Assembly: GCA_964572155.1 (NCBI GenBank)
Contig: CAZNDZ010000001.1
Coordinates: 846,290 to 910,289 of the forward strand
Length of the DNA: 64,000 nucleotides
Reading direction: 5' to 3'
Origin: an uncultured Planctomycetales bacterium
GTDB taxonomy: Bacteria; Omnitrophota; Gorgyraeia; Zapsychrales; Fredricksoniimonadaceae
Position 1 is the stretch's first letter. The number at the start of each line of letters is the position of its first letter. The notes under the pieces are model-generated. The model did not search any database and was not told the origin of the DNA. It saw only the letters and a program-made list of their open reading frames with translations. Positions 50,504 through 60,403 of the stretch are shown here, in pieces. The position numbers and the translations under genes are program-made.

Positions 50504-50889
50504 AAATCGCCATTGATACAAATATATTGATTAGATTAATTGTATTAGACGATGAAAGCTATGTGAAGAAAGCTTCTGATTTGATTCTGAGTCATGATTA
50601 TAAAGAAATTCATGTTTGCTGTGGGGCAATGATTGAAGCGTATTATGTGTTAACAAAGCGGTATGGTTTAAGTGCAGACGAAGCTAGGAAAGCATTTATT
50701 GATCTCTTAGGCATTGAACAATTTAATTTTGAATATGAAGACTCAATTCGACTTGCTTTGGCAAAGAGTACCAAAGGTTTGAGTTTTTTTGATGCGTTGA
50801 TTGGAGAGATTGGCGCGACAAAACATATAAAGACGTATACTTTTGATAAAGATTTAAAATCAGATAAAAATTTTGTTGTTCTGCGCTAA
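50500..50889 (+). CDS. PIN-domain ribonuclease toxin (VapC-like)
   Basis: MKIAIDTNILIRL… N-terminal PIN acidic motif, …FFDALIGEIG… distal Asp; 130 aa. Confidence 0.7.
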   Translation: MKIAIDTNILIRLIVLDDESYVKKASDLILSHDYKEIHVCCGAMIEAYYVLTKRYGLSADEARKAFIDLLGIEQFNFEYEDSIRLALAKSTKGLSFFDALIGEIGATKHIKTYTFDKDLKSDKNFVVLR

Positions 50890-50940
50890 AACACCTCCTT
50901 TTTTATGGCTTGTTTACTGGTTTAATAGTACAATACGTCT

Positions 50941-52197
50941 GTGTTTATACTCTACGAACTAGTCTTTTTCCTCTATTGTATTACCTATGCGCCGTTCTTG
51001 AAATTGACTGGGCGTTGGCATGAGGGGTTTCGCCAGCGGTTGGGGCAATTTACGCCGGATGAAGCGGCGAAATTAGGGCGCACGCGCACCATTTGGATAC
51101 ATGCGGTGAGTGTCGGTGAAGTGGCGGCGGCAGCGCGTTTTATCGAGCAAATCCGTGATCAATGGCCTGGCATTGGGATTGTCTGCTCAGTGACGACCGT
51201 TACAGGTTATGAGTTTGCTCAAAAGAAACTCGGGCATGCGGTCACAGTTATATTCTCGCCGGTTGATTTTAGCTTGGTCACGGCTAAGATTGTCAACATG
51301 ATCAAGCCCAAGGTTTATATTTCGATCGAGACCGAAATATGGCCTAATCTTTTCAAAGCATTAAACAAACAAAAAATTCCCATCGCTTTAGTCAATGGCC
51401 GTATTTCCGATAAATCTTTTGGACAATATCAATTAGTTAAGGGCATGCTTAAGAAAGTCTTGGGCTATGTCACCATCTTTGCCATGCAAAGTCAGCAAGA
51501 TGCTGATCGCATTAAAATTTTGGGCGCACCGGCGGATCGCGTGTGGACGGTTGGTAATATTAAGTTTGATGATTTACCTAAGGTCGAAGATGCGCAAATC
51601 CATGTCTCAGGTTTTGCACCTAAGGGACCATTATGGATTGCAGGTAGCACACATCCCGGAGAAGAAAAGATTATCTTAGACGTCTTTAAAGCGGTCAAGG
51701 CCAGATATCCTGATTGGGAATTGGTCATTGCGCCACGCCATATCGAGCGCACCATGGAAGTGGCTGATTTAATTAAGAAGGCGGGTTTTAATTATTCTTT
51801 ATTTTCTCAATCACGCATGAGCCGTTACGATCCCAATGCGGTGATTATTTTAGATACCATCGGTCATTTGCGTAGTTTATATTCCCATGCATCATTGGTG
51901 TTTGTGGGTAAGAGTTTGTGTGTGGGTGGTGGTCATAATGTGATCGAGCCGGCTTTCTTTTCAAAGCCCATCATTGTCGGCGAACGCATGGAAAATTTTC
52001 GTGATGTGGTCGGTTATTTTAAGAAAGCCCAAGCCATAGTCATGGTCAAAGACGCAGCCGAACTTGAAAAAGAGGTTGAGGCTTTAATGGGGGATGATAA
52101 GCGCCGCTATGAATTAGGTCGACGAGCAAGGGCGGTGATTGACGGCAATCAGGGGGCAGGCTACAAAATCCTGCAGTTAATCGCGCTATGTCTGTAA
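50941..52197 (+). CDS. waaA: 3-deoxy-D-manno-octulosonic acid (Kdo) transferase
   Basis: …IWIHAVSVGEVAAAARFIEQ…, …ISIETEIWPNLF…, …VGKSLCVGGGHNVIEPA… parallels E. coli WaaA along the full length. Confidence 0.88.
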   Translation: MFILYELVFFLYCITYAPFLKLTGRWHEGFRQRLGQFTPDEAAKLGRTRTIWIHAVSVGEVAAAARFIEQIRDQWPGIGIVCSVTTVTGYEFAQKKLGHAVTVIFSPVDFSLVTAKIVNMIKPKVYISIETEIWPNLFKALNKQKIPIALVNGRISDKSFGQYQLVKGMLKKVLGYVTIFAMQSQQDADRIKILGAPADRVWTVGNIKFDDLPKVEDAQIHVSGFAPKGPLWIAGSTHPGEEKIILDVFKAVKARYPDWELVIAPRHIERTMEVADLIKKAGFNYSLFSQSRMSRYDPNAVIILDTIGHLRSLYSHASLVFVGKSLCVGGGHNVIEPAFFSKPIIVGERMENFRDVVGYFKKAQAIVMVKDAAELEKEVEALMGDDKRRYELGRRARAVIDGNQGAGYKILQLIALCL

Positions 52198-53246
52198 GTC
52201 GATATGTTTATAGATTGATGACCGATGATGCGCAAAGTTTTTTTGATCATGCCATTAAGTTTTTCTTATGGTTGATGAGTTTATTGTATGGGGCTGTGGC
52301 GAAACTTAGGCGCTATGCGTATAAGGCTAGGCTATTGCCGTCGTTTCGTAGTCCGAAACCTGTTATCAGTGTTGGAAATATTACTTTAGGCGGGGTTGGT
52401 AAGACACCGCTAGTGATTGCCATTGTGCAAGCTTTGCAAGCGCGCAATATACGTGCGGCCGTGTTGATCCGAGGGTTTATGCCCAAAGATGCCTTGTTTA
52501 GCGATGAGGCCTTGATGTTAAAAGAGTCGCTGCAGGGTGTGCCCATCATCACGGGGGCGAATCGCCGTCAAGCCATCGAAGATTGTTTAAAACATCACGC
52601 CGTCGATGTTTTTGTCTGTGACGATGCCTTTGGCCATTTGCAACTTCAGCGTGATCTAAATATCTTGGCCATCAACGCAAGCAATCCTTTTGGTAATGCA
52701 CAGGTTATTCCTCGAGGGATATTGCGTGAGCCATTGTCAGCGCTTAAAGATGCAGATATGGTTGTCCTAACCAAAACCGATGCGCCACATGTCGATTTAG
52801 ATGGTATACAGCAACGATTAAAAGCATTGATACCAAGTGTCATGGTTGCGGCCTCAGCGCACGTGCCCAAAGCATGTGTGGAAATATTTGATAAAGCGCA
52901 TGTTGATCTAGAACATTTTAAAGGCATCTCCGTCGTCGGGTTTTGTGGATTAGGCGATACCAATGCTTTTAAACATAGTTTAAATACTGCAGGGTTTCAT
53001 GTGATCAATGTTTTTGGTTTTATGGATCATCACGTGTATAGCGAAGCAGATATGATGATGGTGCGTAAATATGCCCTCGATCATCAGGTGCAAATGATTG
53101 TAACCTCGCATAAAGATGCGGTGAAGTTAGCTGGTTTTAAAAATATTTGGGATGGTTTTAAAGTGTATTATTTGAAAGTTGATCTGGAAATTACTCATGG
53201 CAAAAATTTCTTCCTTGAAAGAATCATGTCTGTTATCCGTCATTAA
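52188..53246 (+). CDS. lpxK: tetraacyldisaccharide 4'-kinase
   Basis: …PVISVGNITLGGVGKTPLVIAIVQAL… P-loop typical of LpxK. Confidence 0.85.
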   Translation: MSVSRYVYRLMTDDAQSFFDHAIKFFLWLMSLLYGAVAKLRRYAYKARLLPSFRSPKPVISVGNITLGGVGKTPLVIAIVQALQARNIRAAVLIRGFMPKDALFSDEALMLKESLQGVPIITGANRRQAIEDCLKHHAVDVFVCDDAFGHLQLQRDLNILAINASNPFGNAQVIPRGILREPLSALKDADMVVLTKTDAPHVDLDGIQQRLKALIPSVMVAASAHVPKACVEIFDKAHVDLEHFKGISVVGFCGLGDTNAFKHSLNTAGFHVINVFGFMDHHVYSEADMMMVRKYALDHQVQMIVTSHKDAVKLAGFKNIWDGFKVYYLKVDLEITHGKNFFLERIMSVIRH

Positions 53247-55182
53247 GGTGTCGGCGGCTATATTTCGTTCGCTTCCCTTTACCCTGTCCTTAGCGATTGC
53301 TCGCGTAATTGGAGGGATGTGGTTTTATATTTTGTCTAAGAAACGCCGCATCATTTATGGGAATTTAAAAGCAGTATTCTCAACGGTCAAAACGCCTCAA
53401 GAAATCATCCACCTGACACAAGATAATTTCAAATTTGTGACGCAAAGTTTTGTCGATTTGATGTGCCTGCCTAAAATTAAAAAGGAAGGTTATGACAAGT
53501 ATGTGCAGTTTGAGGATCACGCCGTTGTCAAAGATGCCTTAGCCCAAAAAAAAGGTGTTATTTTCTTAGCCATTCATTCGGGCAATTGGGAGTTGGCAAG
53601 TCTCGTCGGTAGTTCGTTGGGGTATACCTATAATGTGGTTGCGAACGAACAATCAAAGACACCTAGGATCGATGATTTGCTTAATGTTTATCGTTCGATT
53701 GCAGGGGCAAAGATCATTGCGCCAGGGACAGGGGTGACGCGGGATATCATTCGCGCCTTACAAAATAATGAGATCGTTTCATTGGCTTTAGATCAAGGTG
53801 GTAAGGATGGAACGCCAGTTGAATTTCTTGGTAAGACAGCGTCAATGTCGACGGGAGCCTTGCGTTTAGGTTTAAAATATCAGACACCTGTTTGTCCCGT
53901 GTGGATTGTTCGTAATCCTGATGGTCGCCATACGTTGCGCGTTTTTAATCCGCTTGATTTAACTGGTTTGGAAGATACGCCAGCTGGATTAAAGCAGGCG
54001 CTTACCATGGCGGTAAAAGTTTTCGAGCCAAAGTTAAGGGAGCACCCGCAAGAATTCCTATGGTTTAATAAGCTATATAAATATTCTACGCAGAGTTATG
54101 TCTTAATCCTCGATGATGGCAAGACCGGTCACTTGCGTCAATCACAAGCCGCTGCAGCGGCTTTAACATCAGCACTAAAGAATCAAGGTAAGGCGGTAAG
54201 TGTTAAGTCCGTTCCCGTTGAGTTTCAAAATTCCCTCAAAGCAAAGTTATTTGCGTTATATACAGGCATACTATCGTTGACGGGTTTAGACGCCAATGAA
54301 GGCGAATTAGCATTCTTTTTGAAACCTGCGTCGTATACCGCGTTGCATAAAGAGCGAGGAGATTGGATCATTTCTTGCGGATCATCAACAGGTGGGATTA
54401 ATTTCTTTTTAAAGCGTTGCTTTGATGTGAAATCGATTTGCATATTAAAAGCGGGTTTGGTTGATTGGCGGCATTTTGATTTGGTTGTGGCTCCTCAACA
54501 TGATAAGAAGGATCAACGGGAGAGTCCTAAAGTTATTTATACCAAAGCCGCGTTGAATTTGATTAACCCGTCGTATTTAAAAGAGCAAGAAGAGCAATTG
54601 CTGCATCAATACTCGCATCTAAAGAATAATGTGCGTTTTAAGATAGGCGTCTTGATTGGTGGTAATACCAAGGGTGTTGAGTTTGACGAAGGACAAATGC
54701 GATTGCTAGTCAATAAGATTAAAGAAGCGGCAAGTCATTATAATGCAGATATTCTTATTACGACATCCAGAAGAACGCCTCCCGAGGTTGAAGCGGTGAT
54801 TGCTAAGGAGTTAAAGAATTTTGACCGAACAGCCTTGTGCATTATTGCCAATGTTAATAATTCTGCTTATGCGGTTGGCGGCATTTTAAGTTTAAGTGAT
54901 TTGTTGATTGTTTCAGGTGAAAGTATTTCCATGGTTTCGGAGGCGTTGGCGTCGGGAAAGCGAACAATCGTTTTTAAGCCGGGTGGTTCCTATGATGACA
55001 AGGGGTCATTAGATAAATTTGATCGTTTTGTCTTGAGCTTAAGCGATCAAGGTTTTATCCTAGCTTGCTCGATTAGAGAGATGTCGAATGCCATGGCCAA
55101 GATGATGAGTAATAAAATCACGTTAAAATCGTTACAGGATAATGCGCTCGTGCAAAAGGCATTTGAACGCATGCTTCAATAA
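53197..55182 (+). CDS. two-domain protein: N-terminal lipid A biosynthesis (LpxL/LpxM-family) acyltransferase fused to C-terminal ELM1/DUF1022-like domain
   Basis: N half …VIFLAIHSGNWELAS…EFLWFNKLY… (HxGNWE acyltransferase motif); C half …ITTSRRTPPEVEAV…, …SGESISMVSEALASGK… resembling ELM1-family TSRRTP / SVSMISEA blocks as I recall them; start ATG 53197 assumed. Confidence 0.7.
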   Translation: MAKISSLKESCLLSVIKVSAAIFRSLPFTLSLAIARVIGGMWFYILSKKRRIIYGNLKAVFSTVKTPQEIIHLTQDNFKFVTQSFVDLMCLPKIKKEGYDKYVQFEDHAVVKDALAQKKGVIFLAIHSGNWELASLVGSSLGYTYNVVANEQSKTPRIDDLLNVYRSIAGAKIIAPGTGVTRDIIRALQNNEIVSLALDQGGKDGTPVEFLGKTASMSTGALRLGLKYQTPVCPVWIVRNPDGRHTLRVFNPLDLTGLEDTPAGLKQALTMAVKVFEPKLREHPQEFLWFNKLYKYSTQSYVLILDDGKTGHLRQSQAAAAALTSALKNQGKAVSVKSVPVEFQNSLKAKLFALYTGILSLTGLDANEGELAFFLKPASYTALHKERGDWIISCGSSTGGINFFLKRCFDVKSICILKAGLVDWRHFDLVVAPQHDKKDQRESPKVIYTKAALNLINPSYLKEQEEQLLHQYSHLKNNVRFKIGVLIGGNTKGVEFDEGQMRLLVNKIKEAASHYNADILITTSRRTPPEVEAVIAKELKNFDRTALCIIANVNNSAYAVGGILSLSDLLIVSGESISMVSEALASGKRTIVFKPGGSYDDKGSLDKFDRFVLSLSDQGFILACSIREMSNAMAKMMSNKITLKSLQDNALVQKAFERMLQ

Positions 55183-57269
55183 TGAATATACTTCAAATCC
55201 TCCCAGAGTTAAATGTCGGCGGTGTTGAGACCGGAACGGTTGATTTTGCCAAGTACATGATTGCGCAAGGTCATCGGGCGGTGGTGGTGTCTCACGGCGG
55301 AGCCTTGGTTGATGAATTAGACAAGATCGGCGCCACGCATTATGCCTTGCCGGTGCATAAAAAGAATTTATTTAGTATGATTTCTTCGGTTAAGCAATTG
55401 ATAGAAATCATTAATAAAGAAGATATTCAAATTGTTCATGCACGGTCGCGAGTTCCGGCATGGATTGCTTTTTTTGCCTGTAGGAAAACAAAAGCCTCTT
55501 TGGTGACAACCTGTCATGGGTATTACACCGCACATTTCTTTAGCAGTGCCATGGGTTTTGGCAAGCGCGTGATTGCAATCTCCGAGGTGATTGGCCGACA
55601 TATGGTGCATGATTTTGGCGTGCCAGCAGACATTGTGCGCATCATCCCTCGCAGTGTTGACTTATCGAAATTTATGATTGAGCGCGCGGATAAAGCTGTG
55701 AATGCCCCAAAAGTTGTGACCATGATTGGCCGCATCACACCACTTAAAGGACATCCATATTTCTTAAAAGCCATGTCCCAAGTGGTGCGCCATATGCCCA
55801 ATGTGAAAATTCAAATCATTGGCGATGCGCCACCTAAGAAAAAATCATATAAAGATGAATTGGTCATGTTGAGCAAGCGTTTAGGATTGTCAGCGCATGT
55901 TGAATTTTTAGGCAATCGTCGGGATATCCCACAATTATTAGCGCATAGTGATTGTTTGGTATTATCAACCATCACCCAAGAAGCGTTTGGTCGGGTGATC
56001 TTAGAAGCGCAGGCCGCGGGCGTTCCTGTTGTGGCCACCAAGGTCGGAGGGGTGGTTGAAATCATCGACGATGGTAAAACCGGTTTATTGGTTATGCCCA
56101 AAGATCCAGATGCCATGGCCAAGGCTGTCATGCGCATCTTGCAAGATCCGCAATTATCAGAGCGCATGGTAGAGCAATCTCAAAAACGCATTGATGAACG
56201 TTATACGATCAAGCACATGGCCGATGCCACCTTAAATGTCTATAAAGAGGTGCTTGACTCAAAAAATATTTTAGTCATCAAGTTAACGGCGCTGGGAGAT
56301 GTGGTTTTGATCACTGCAGCCCTCAAAGCACTTAGAGATCGATTCCCCAATGCCCGCATTCATTGTTTAACATCACCCGACGGGGCAAGTGTGTTGCAAC
56401 GCTGTCCCTATATTAACAATGTGATTATTTTTGATTTAACGAAGAAAAATTTAAAGTCCGTTTGGGAGCTTGGCAAAGATTTAAGAGGCTATCGTTTTGA
56501 TGAGGTCATTGATTTTCAAAATAATCGCCTGAGCCACACATTGTGTTTTTTAAGTTTTGCCAAAACAACTTTAGGGTATGACAATGGCAAGTTGTCGTTT
56601 TTATTGTCACTGCGCATCAAGAATGATACGCCGCAGATGCCGCCGGTTGAGCATCAGTTTAAATTGCTAAAAGCTCTAGGTATACATTATCAAAAAAATG
56701 TGCGCCTTGAGTTGTGGCCTTCACAGCGTGAACAGGACTATGTGCAAGGTTTGTTAGACGGGGAGTGGTTGGGTAATGTCAAAGACATGGTTGGGATTAA
56801 TATTGCAGCCTCAGCCCGATGGTCGAGCAAGAATTGGCCGGTCGATCACATTGTTAAATTATGTGATCATTTGTCGGCTAAGAATATTCGCGTGTTCTTA
56901 ACGGGCCAGCAAAAAGATAAAGGCGTGGCACGTTTGATTGTTTCTAAAGCCAAGTCAAAGCCGTCGGACTTTACAGGGAAAACCAATATCATGCAATTGG
57001 CAGCCTTGGTGTCCCGTGCAAAAGTTTATGTCAGCGGTGATTCTGCTCCGTTGCACGTGGCAGCAGCGATGAAGGTTCCGGTGGTGGCTTTGTTTGGTCC
57101 AACTGATCCTAAGCGCCATATGCCGCCGGTTGATCGTGGGGTTATCATTCATGAGCATATGAAATGTTCCCCGTGTTATAGCGGTGAATGTAAGATCAGG
57201 ACGCATGCGTGCATGAAGCAAATTAGCGCTGATCATGTTTTATCTAAGATCAAGGAATTGATGGCATGA
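55182..57269 (+). CDS. two-domain glycosyltransferase: N-terminal GT4 (RfaG-like) fused to C-terminal GT9 heptosyltransferase-like domain
   Basis: N half …ILQILPELNVGGVETGT…, EX7E block …FGRVILEAQAAGVPVVATKVGGVVEII…; C half …ILVIKLTALGDVVLITAALKALRDRFPNARIHCLT…, …YVSGDSAPLHVAAA…. Confidence 0.75.
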   Translation: MNILQILPELNVGGVETGTVDFAKYMIAQGHRAVVVSHGGALVDELDKIGATHYALPVHKKNLFSMISSVKQLIEIINKEDIQIVHARSRVPAWIAFFACRKTKASLVTTCHGYYTAHFFSSAMGFGKRVIAISEVIGRHMVHDFGVPADIVRIIPRSVDLSKFMIERADKAVNAPKVVTMIGRITPLKGHPYFLKAMSQVVRHMPNVKIQIIGDAPPKKKSYKDELVMLSKRLGLSAHVEFLGNRRDIPQLLAHSDCLVLSTITQEAFGRVILEAQAAGVPVVATKVGGVVEIIDDGKTGLLVMPKDPDAMAKAVMRILQDPQLSERMVEQSQKRIDERYTIKHMADATLNVYKEVLDSKNILVIKLTALGDVVLITAALKALRDRFPNARIHCLTSPDGASVLQRCPYINNVIIFDLTKKNLKSVWELGKDLRGYRFDEVIDFQNNRLSHTLCFLSFAKTTLGYDNGKLSFLLSLRIKNDTPQMPPVEHQFKLLKALGIHYQKNVRLELWPSQREQDYVQGLLDGEWLGNVKDMVGINIAASARWSSKNWPVDHIVKLCDHLSAKNIRVFLTGQQKDKGVARLIVSKAKSKPSDFTGKTNIMQLAALVSRAKVYVSGDSAPLHVAAAMKVPVVALFGPTDPKRHMPPVDRGVIIHEHMKCSPCYSGECKIRTHACMKQISADHVLSKIKELMA

Positions 57270-58348
57270 ACATCGTTCTCTTAGCCAATCACTTTAATAC
57301 CGGCGGGATCACAACCTATATCCTAACCTTGACCAAAGGCTTGATTGCCAAAGGGGATAAGGTTTGGGTTGTTTCATCCGGCGGGGATTGTGAAGATCAA
57401 TTGAAGCGTTTAGGTGCTGTTCATGTGCACATGGATATTAAAATAAAGTCAGAAGCTCACCCAAAACTTTGGTTGGCCATCCCTGCGTTAAAAGAGCTCA
57501 TTAAAGATAGTCACATTCATGTGTTGCATGCTCAGACAAGGGTTACGGCCGTGATGGCCTCAGTGGCTGCTCGATCGACGGGAATTTCATTTATCACCAC
57601 GTGTCATGGTTTTTTTAAGCCACGATTCTTTCGTCTCATGTTTCCTTGTTGGGGTAAAAAGGTTATCGCGATTAGTGCGCCTGTTAAAGAGCATTTGGAA
57701 TTTGGATTTAATGTTGATCCTAAACGCATTGCCTTGATTCCCAATGGGATTGATAGCACCGCATTTGCACCGCTCAGTCCAAAGCAACGTGATATCACCC
57801 GAGAAGAAAAAAATATTACCGGAAATCCTGTCATAGGCATCATTGCCAGATTATCAACCGTTAAGGGCATTGATGTTTTGATTGCTGCCATGCCAACCGT
57901 ATTGCAACAATTTCCAAATGCATGCCTCTGGATTGTGGGGCAAGGGGATCAGGAAGCGTATTTAAAAGAATGTGTGTTAAAGCGCGATCTATCAGCGCAT
58001 GTAAAGTTTTTGCCGGCGGTGAATCAAACGGCAGCACTGTTGCCTCTCTTTGATGTTTTTGTCATGCCGTCGCTGCAAGAGGGTTTGGGTTTGTCGGTCA
58101 TGGAAGCACAGGCCAGTGGCGTACCTGTTGTGGCCTCAAAGGTGGGTGGTTTGGTTGATTTGATTGAAGATGGTAAAACAGGATTCTTAGTGCCTCCAAG
58201 TCAACATCAGGATTTGGCATTAAAGATCATTGAAATATTAAAAAACCCTGCACATGCACAAACCATGGCCAATGCCGCACGATTGCGCATACAAACATTG
58301 TTTAGTGCAGAACATATGGTGAATCTAACGCGGGCTTGTTATGAATAA
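57266..58348 (+). CDS. glycosyltransferase family 4 (RfaG/WaaG-like)
   Basis: …IVLLANHFNTGGITTY…, EX7E …EGLGLSVMEAQASGVPVVASKVGGLVDLIEDG…. Confidence 0.8.
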   Translation: MNIVLLANHFNTGGITTYILTLTKGLIAKGDKVWVVSSGGDCEDQLKRLGAVHVHMDIKIKSEAHPKLWLAIPALKELIKDSHIHVLHAQTRVTAVMASVAARSTGISFITTCHGFFKPRFFRLMFPCWGKKVIAISAPVKEHLEFGFNVDPKRIALIPNGIDSTAFAPLSPKQRDITREEKNITGNPVIGIIARLSTVKGIDVLIAAMPTVLQQFPNACLWIVGQGDQEAYLKECVLKRDLSAHVKFLPAVNQTAALLPLFDVFVMPSLQEGLGLSVMEAQASGVPVVASKVGGLVDLIEDGKTGFLVPPSQHQDLALKIIEILKNPAHAQTMANAARLRIQTLFSAEHMVNLTRACYE

Positions 58349-59306
58349 TATTTGCGTGTTTAATGTTAATTGGTTGGGCGATGCGGTTTTTTCATTACCT
58401 GTTTTTACCGCATTGAGAAAAGCCTATCCACAGGCGCGCATCACCTGTGTTTGTGTGCCGCGCGTTGCCGAAGTGGTTAAGTTTTCATCGGACATTGACG
58501 ATGTGTTGATTATGGATGAGAAAGGCGCGCATTTTTGGCCTTGGCAAAAGTTAGCATTCATCTTGCATTTACGTTCTCTTAATTTTGACACAGCCTTTGT
58601 TTTGCACCCGTCGCTATCAAGGGCAATGATTGTTTGGATGGCGGGGATTAAGCGTCGCATAGGTTTTTGCAAATGGCCAAAGCTCATGACAGAGCATGTG
58701 CCCAATGACCCAATAGGCGTGCATCGCATGGATCATTATCTAAAAGTCGTTGAGGCGGCAGGTATTAAGGTTGTTGACCGCACCTATCATTTGCAACATT
58801 TGACAGATGACGTTTTGGTGCAGGGCAAATATGTGGTCTTTAATACAGGAGGCAATTGGGATTTGAAGCGTTGGCCGCGAGGGATGTGGGTTGCTTTAGC
58901 GTCGGTATTTAAATCCGAAAATGCCCGCGTCGTCTTTACCGGATCAATGCATGATTTTGAAGATGCACAATATGTCATTGATCGCAGCGGTGTTGATGGG
59001 GTCAATCTTTGCGGTAAAACAAGTTTAGGGCAATCCTTGTCGGTGTATGCTAATGCCAACGTTGTTATTTCTGCAGATTCAGGACCATTGCATTTGGCGC
59101 AAAGTGTGGGGGCCAAGGTCATTGGATTGTTTGGGCCAACACGCCAAGAAATCACTGGTCCAAGGGGAACGAGCCCGTCACGCATTTTATTTCATGACAT
59201 CGGCTGCAATAAGACGCCGTGCTATCACTTGAGTTGTTTGGATAATGTATGTATGAAAGGTATTCGTGTCGACGATGTCGTCAAAGCTTATAAAGAACTT
59301 GTCTAA
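58341..59306 (+). CDS. ADP-heptose:LPS heptosyltransferase family (GT9)
   Basis: …ICVFNVNWLGDAVFSLPVFTALRKAYPQARI…, …ISADSGPLHLAQS…. Confidence 0.8.
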   Translation: MNNICVFNVNWLGDAVFSLPVFTALRKAYPQARITCVCVPRVAEVVKFSSDIDDVLIMDEKGAHFWPWQKLAFILHLRSLNFDTAFVLHPSLSRAMIVWMAGIKRRIGFCKWPKLMTEHVPNDPIGVHRMDHYLKVVEAAGIKVVDRTYHLQHLTDDVLVQGKYVVFNTGGNWDLKRWPRGMWVALASVFKSENARVVFTGSMHDFEDAQYVIDRSGVDGVNLCGKTSLGQSLSVYANANVVISADSGPLHLAQSVGAKVIGLFGPTRQEITGPRGTSPSRILFHDIGCNKTPCYHLSCLDNVCMKGIRVDDVVKAYKELV

Positions 59307-60348
59307 TATTTTAATCGTGCGCACCGACCGCATCGGCGATGTTGTTTTAACAACACCGGTGTTTAAGGCTTTGCGTCAATCCTATCCGCATGCCCGCATT
59401 ACGGTGTTGGTAAGCCCTGCCACGCGAGATTTGGTTGAAGGAAATCCTTATATTAATGAAGTGCTGGTTGATGATCGTCAAGAGCGTCATAAGGGGTTGA
59501 TTGGTTCATTGCAATTAGCGCGTGATATCCGCAAACGCAATTTTGATGCCGCGATCATTTTTCATACCAAACGCCGTTATAATCTGACATGTTATTTAGC
59601 GGGTATTCCGATAAGGATTGGTTATAAAAATGATAAATGGGCATGGTTATTAACGGTGCCTGTGAAGGACACGCGGGCGCAAGGTCAAAAGCATGAGGTG
59701 CGTTATTGCTTGGATTTATTACAAACCTTGGGACTCGAGCATATCACGCCTGAAATTTTTATCCCAAGTCAAAAGTCAGCTGAAAGTTGGGCTGTGCAAT
59801 GGTTTATTGAACAACATTTAACCGCCGGCGGCGTGATTGCCATTCACCCAGGTGCATCGGATCCAACCAAGATTTGGCCTGCAGAACGTTTTGCTGAGTT
59901 GATCAATGCGCTGCAGCAGCATTATGCGTATGCGATTGTTTGCATTGGCGGAAAAGAGACAGCTGCGACGGTGGCTATGATTAAGAAATTAGTTAAAGCT
60001 CCGGTATATGATTTGTCCGGTCAAATCAGCGTCGGGCAAATGGCTAGTGTGCTACGCCGATGCCGCATCTTGATTTCCAATGATTCCGGTCCCGTGCATG
60101 TAGCGGCGGGTGTGGGCATACATGTCATTAGTTTGTTTTTACGTGACCAACCTGGGATTAACCCACAGCGATGGGCGCCCTTTGGTCCGCTCGGGTATAT
60201 TTTGACCAATAAGCCACACGAGATGGTTAAGGTCGATGCTAAGTCAAAAATGCAGTCGGGTAAATTAGACTCGATCACGCCGCAAGAAGTTTTGGCGACG
60301 GTTGAGCGCATTTTATCCGGCGAACATCAATCGGTATTTTATTGGTGA
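59266..60348 (+). CDS. ADP-heptose:LPS heptosyltransferase family (GT9), second copy
   Basis: …ILIVRTDRIGDVVLTTPVFKALRQSYPHARI…, …ISNDSGPVHVAAG…; start may be a downstream ATG. Confidence 0.8.
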   Translation: MSTMSSKLIKNLSNILIVRTDRIGDVVLTTPVFKALRQSYPHARITVLVSPATRDLVEGNPYINEVLVDDRQERHKGLIGSLQLARDIRKRNFDAAIIFHTKRRYNLTCYLAGIPIRIGYKNDKWAWLLTVPVKDTRAQGQKHEVRYCLDLLQTLGLEHITPEIFIPSQKSAESWAVQWFIEQHLTAGGVIAIHPGASDPTKIWPAERFAELINALQQHYAYAIVCIGGKETAATVAMIKKLVKAPVYDLSGQISVGQMASVLRRCRILISNDSGPVHVAAGVGIHVISLFLRDQPGINPQRWAPFGPLGYILTNKPHEMVKVDAKSKMQSGKLDSITPQEVLATVERILSGEHQSVFYW

Positions 60349-60403
60349 TTTATTAAGAAACTTTGTTATACTGTCTTTGTTGTTAAATCGTAGAAAGGGT
60401 AAT

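Noticed and set aside
50890-50940. AAAACACCTCCTTTTTT after vapC, considered as a terminator
   Set aside because: No stem can be formed; it is the reverse complement of an RBS-like AAAAGGAGGTG with no minus-strand ORF to serve; left unannotated.
55811-56167. 118-aa minus-strand ORF and several other 60-130-aa antisense ORFs throughout the track
   Set aside because: All are embedded in confidently assigned plus-strand genes (here the GT4-GT9 fusion), lack RBSs and family resemblance; treated as non-coding shadows.
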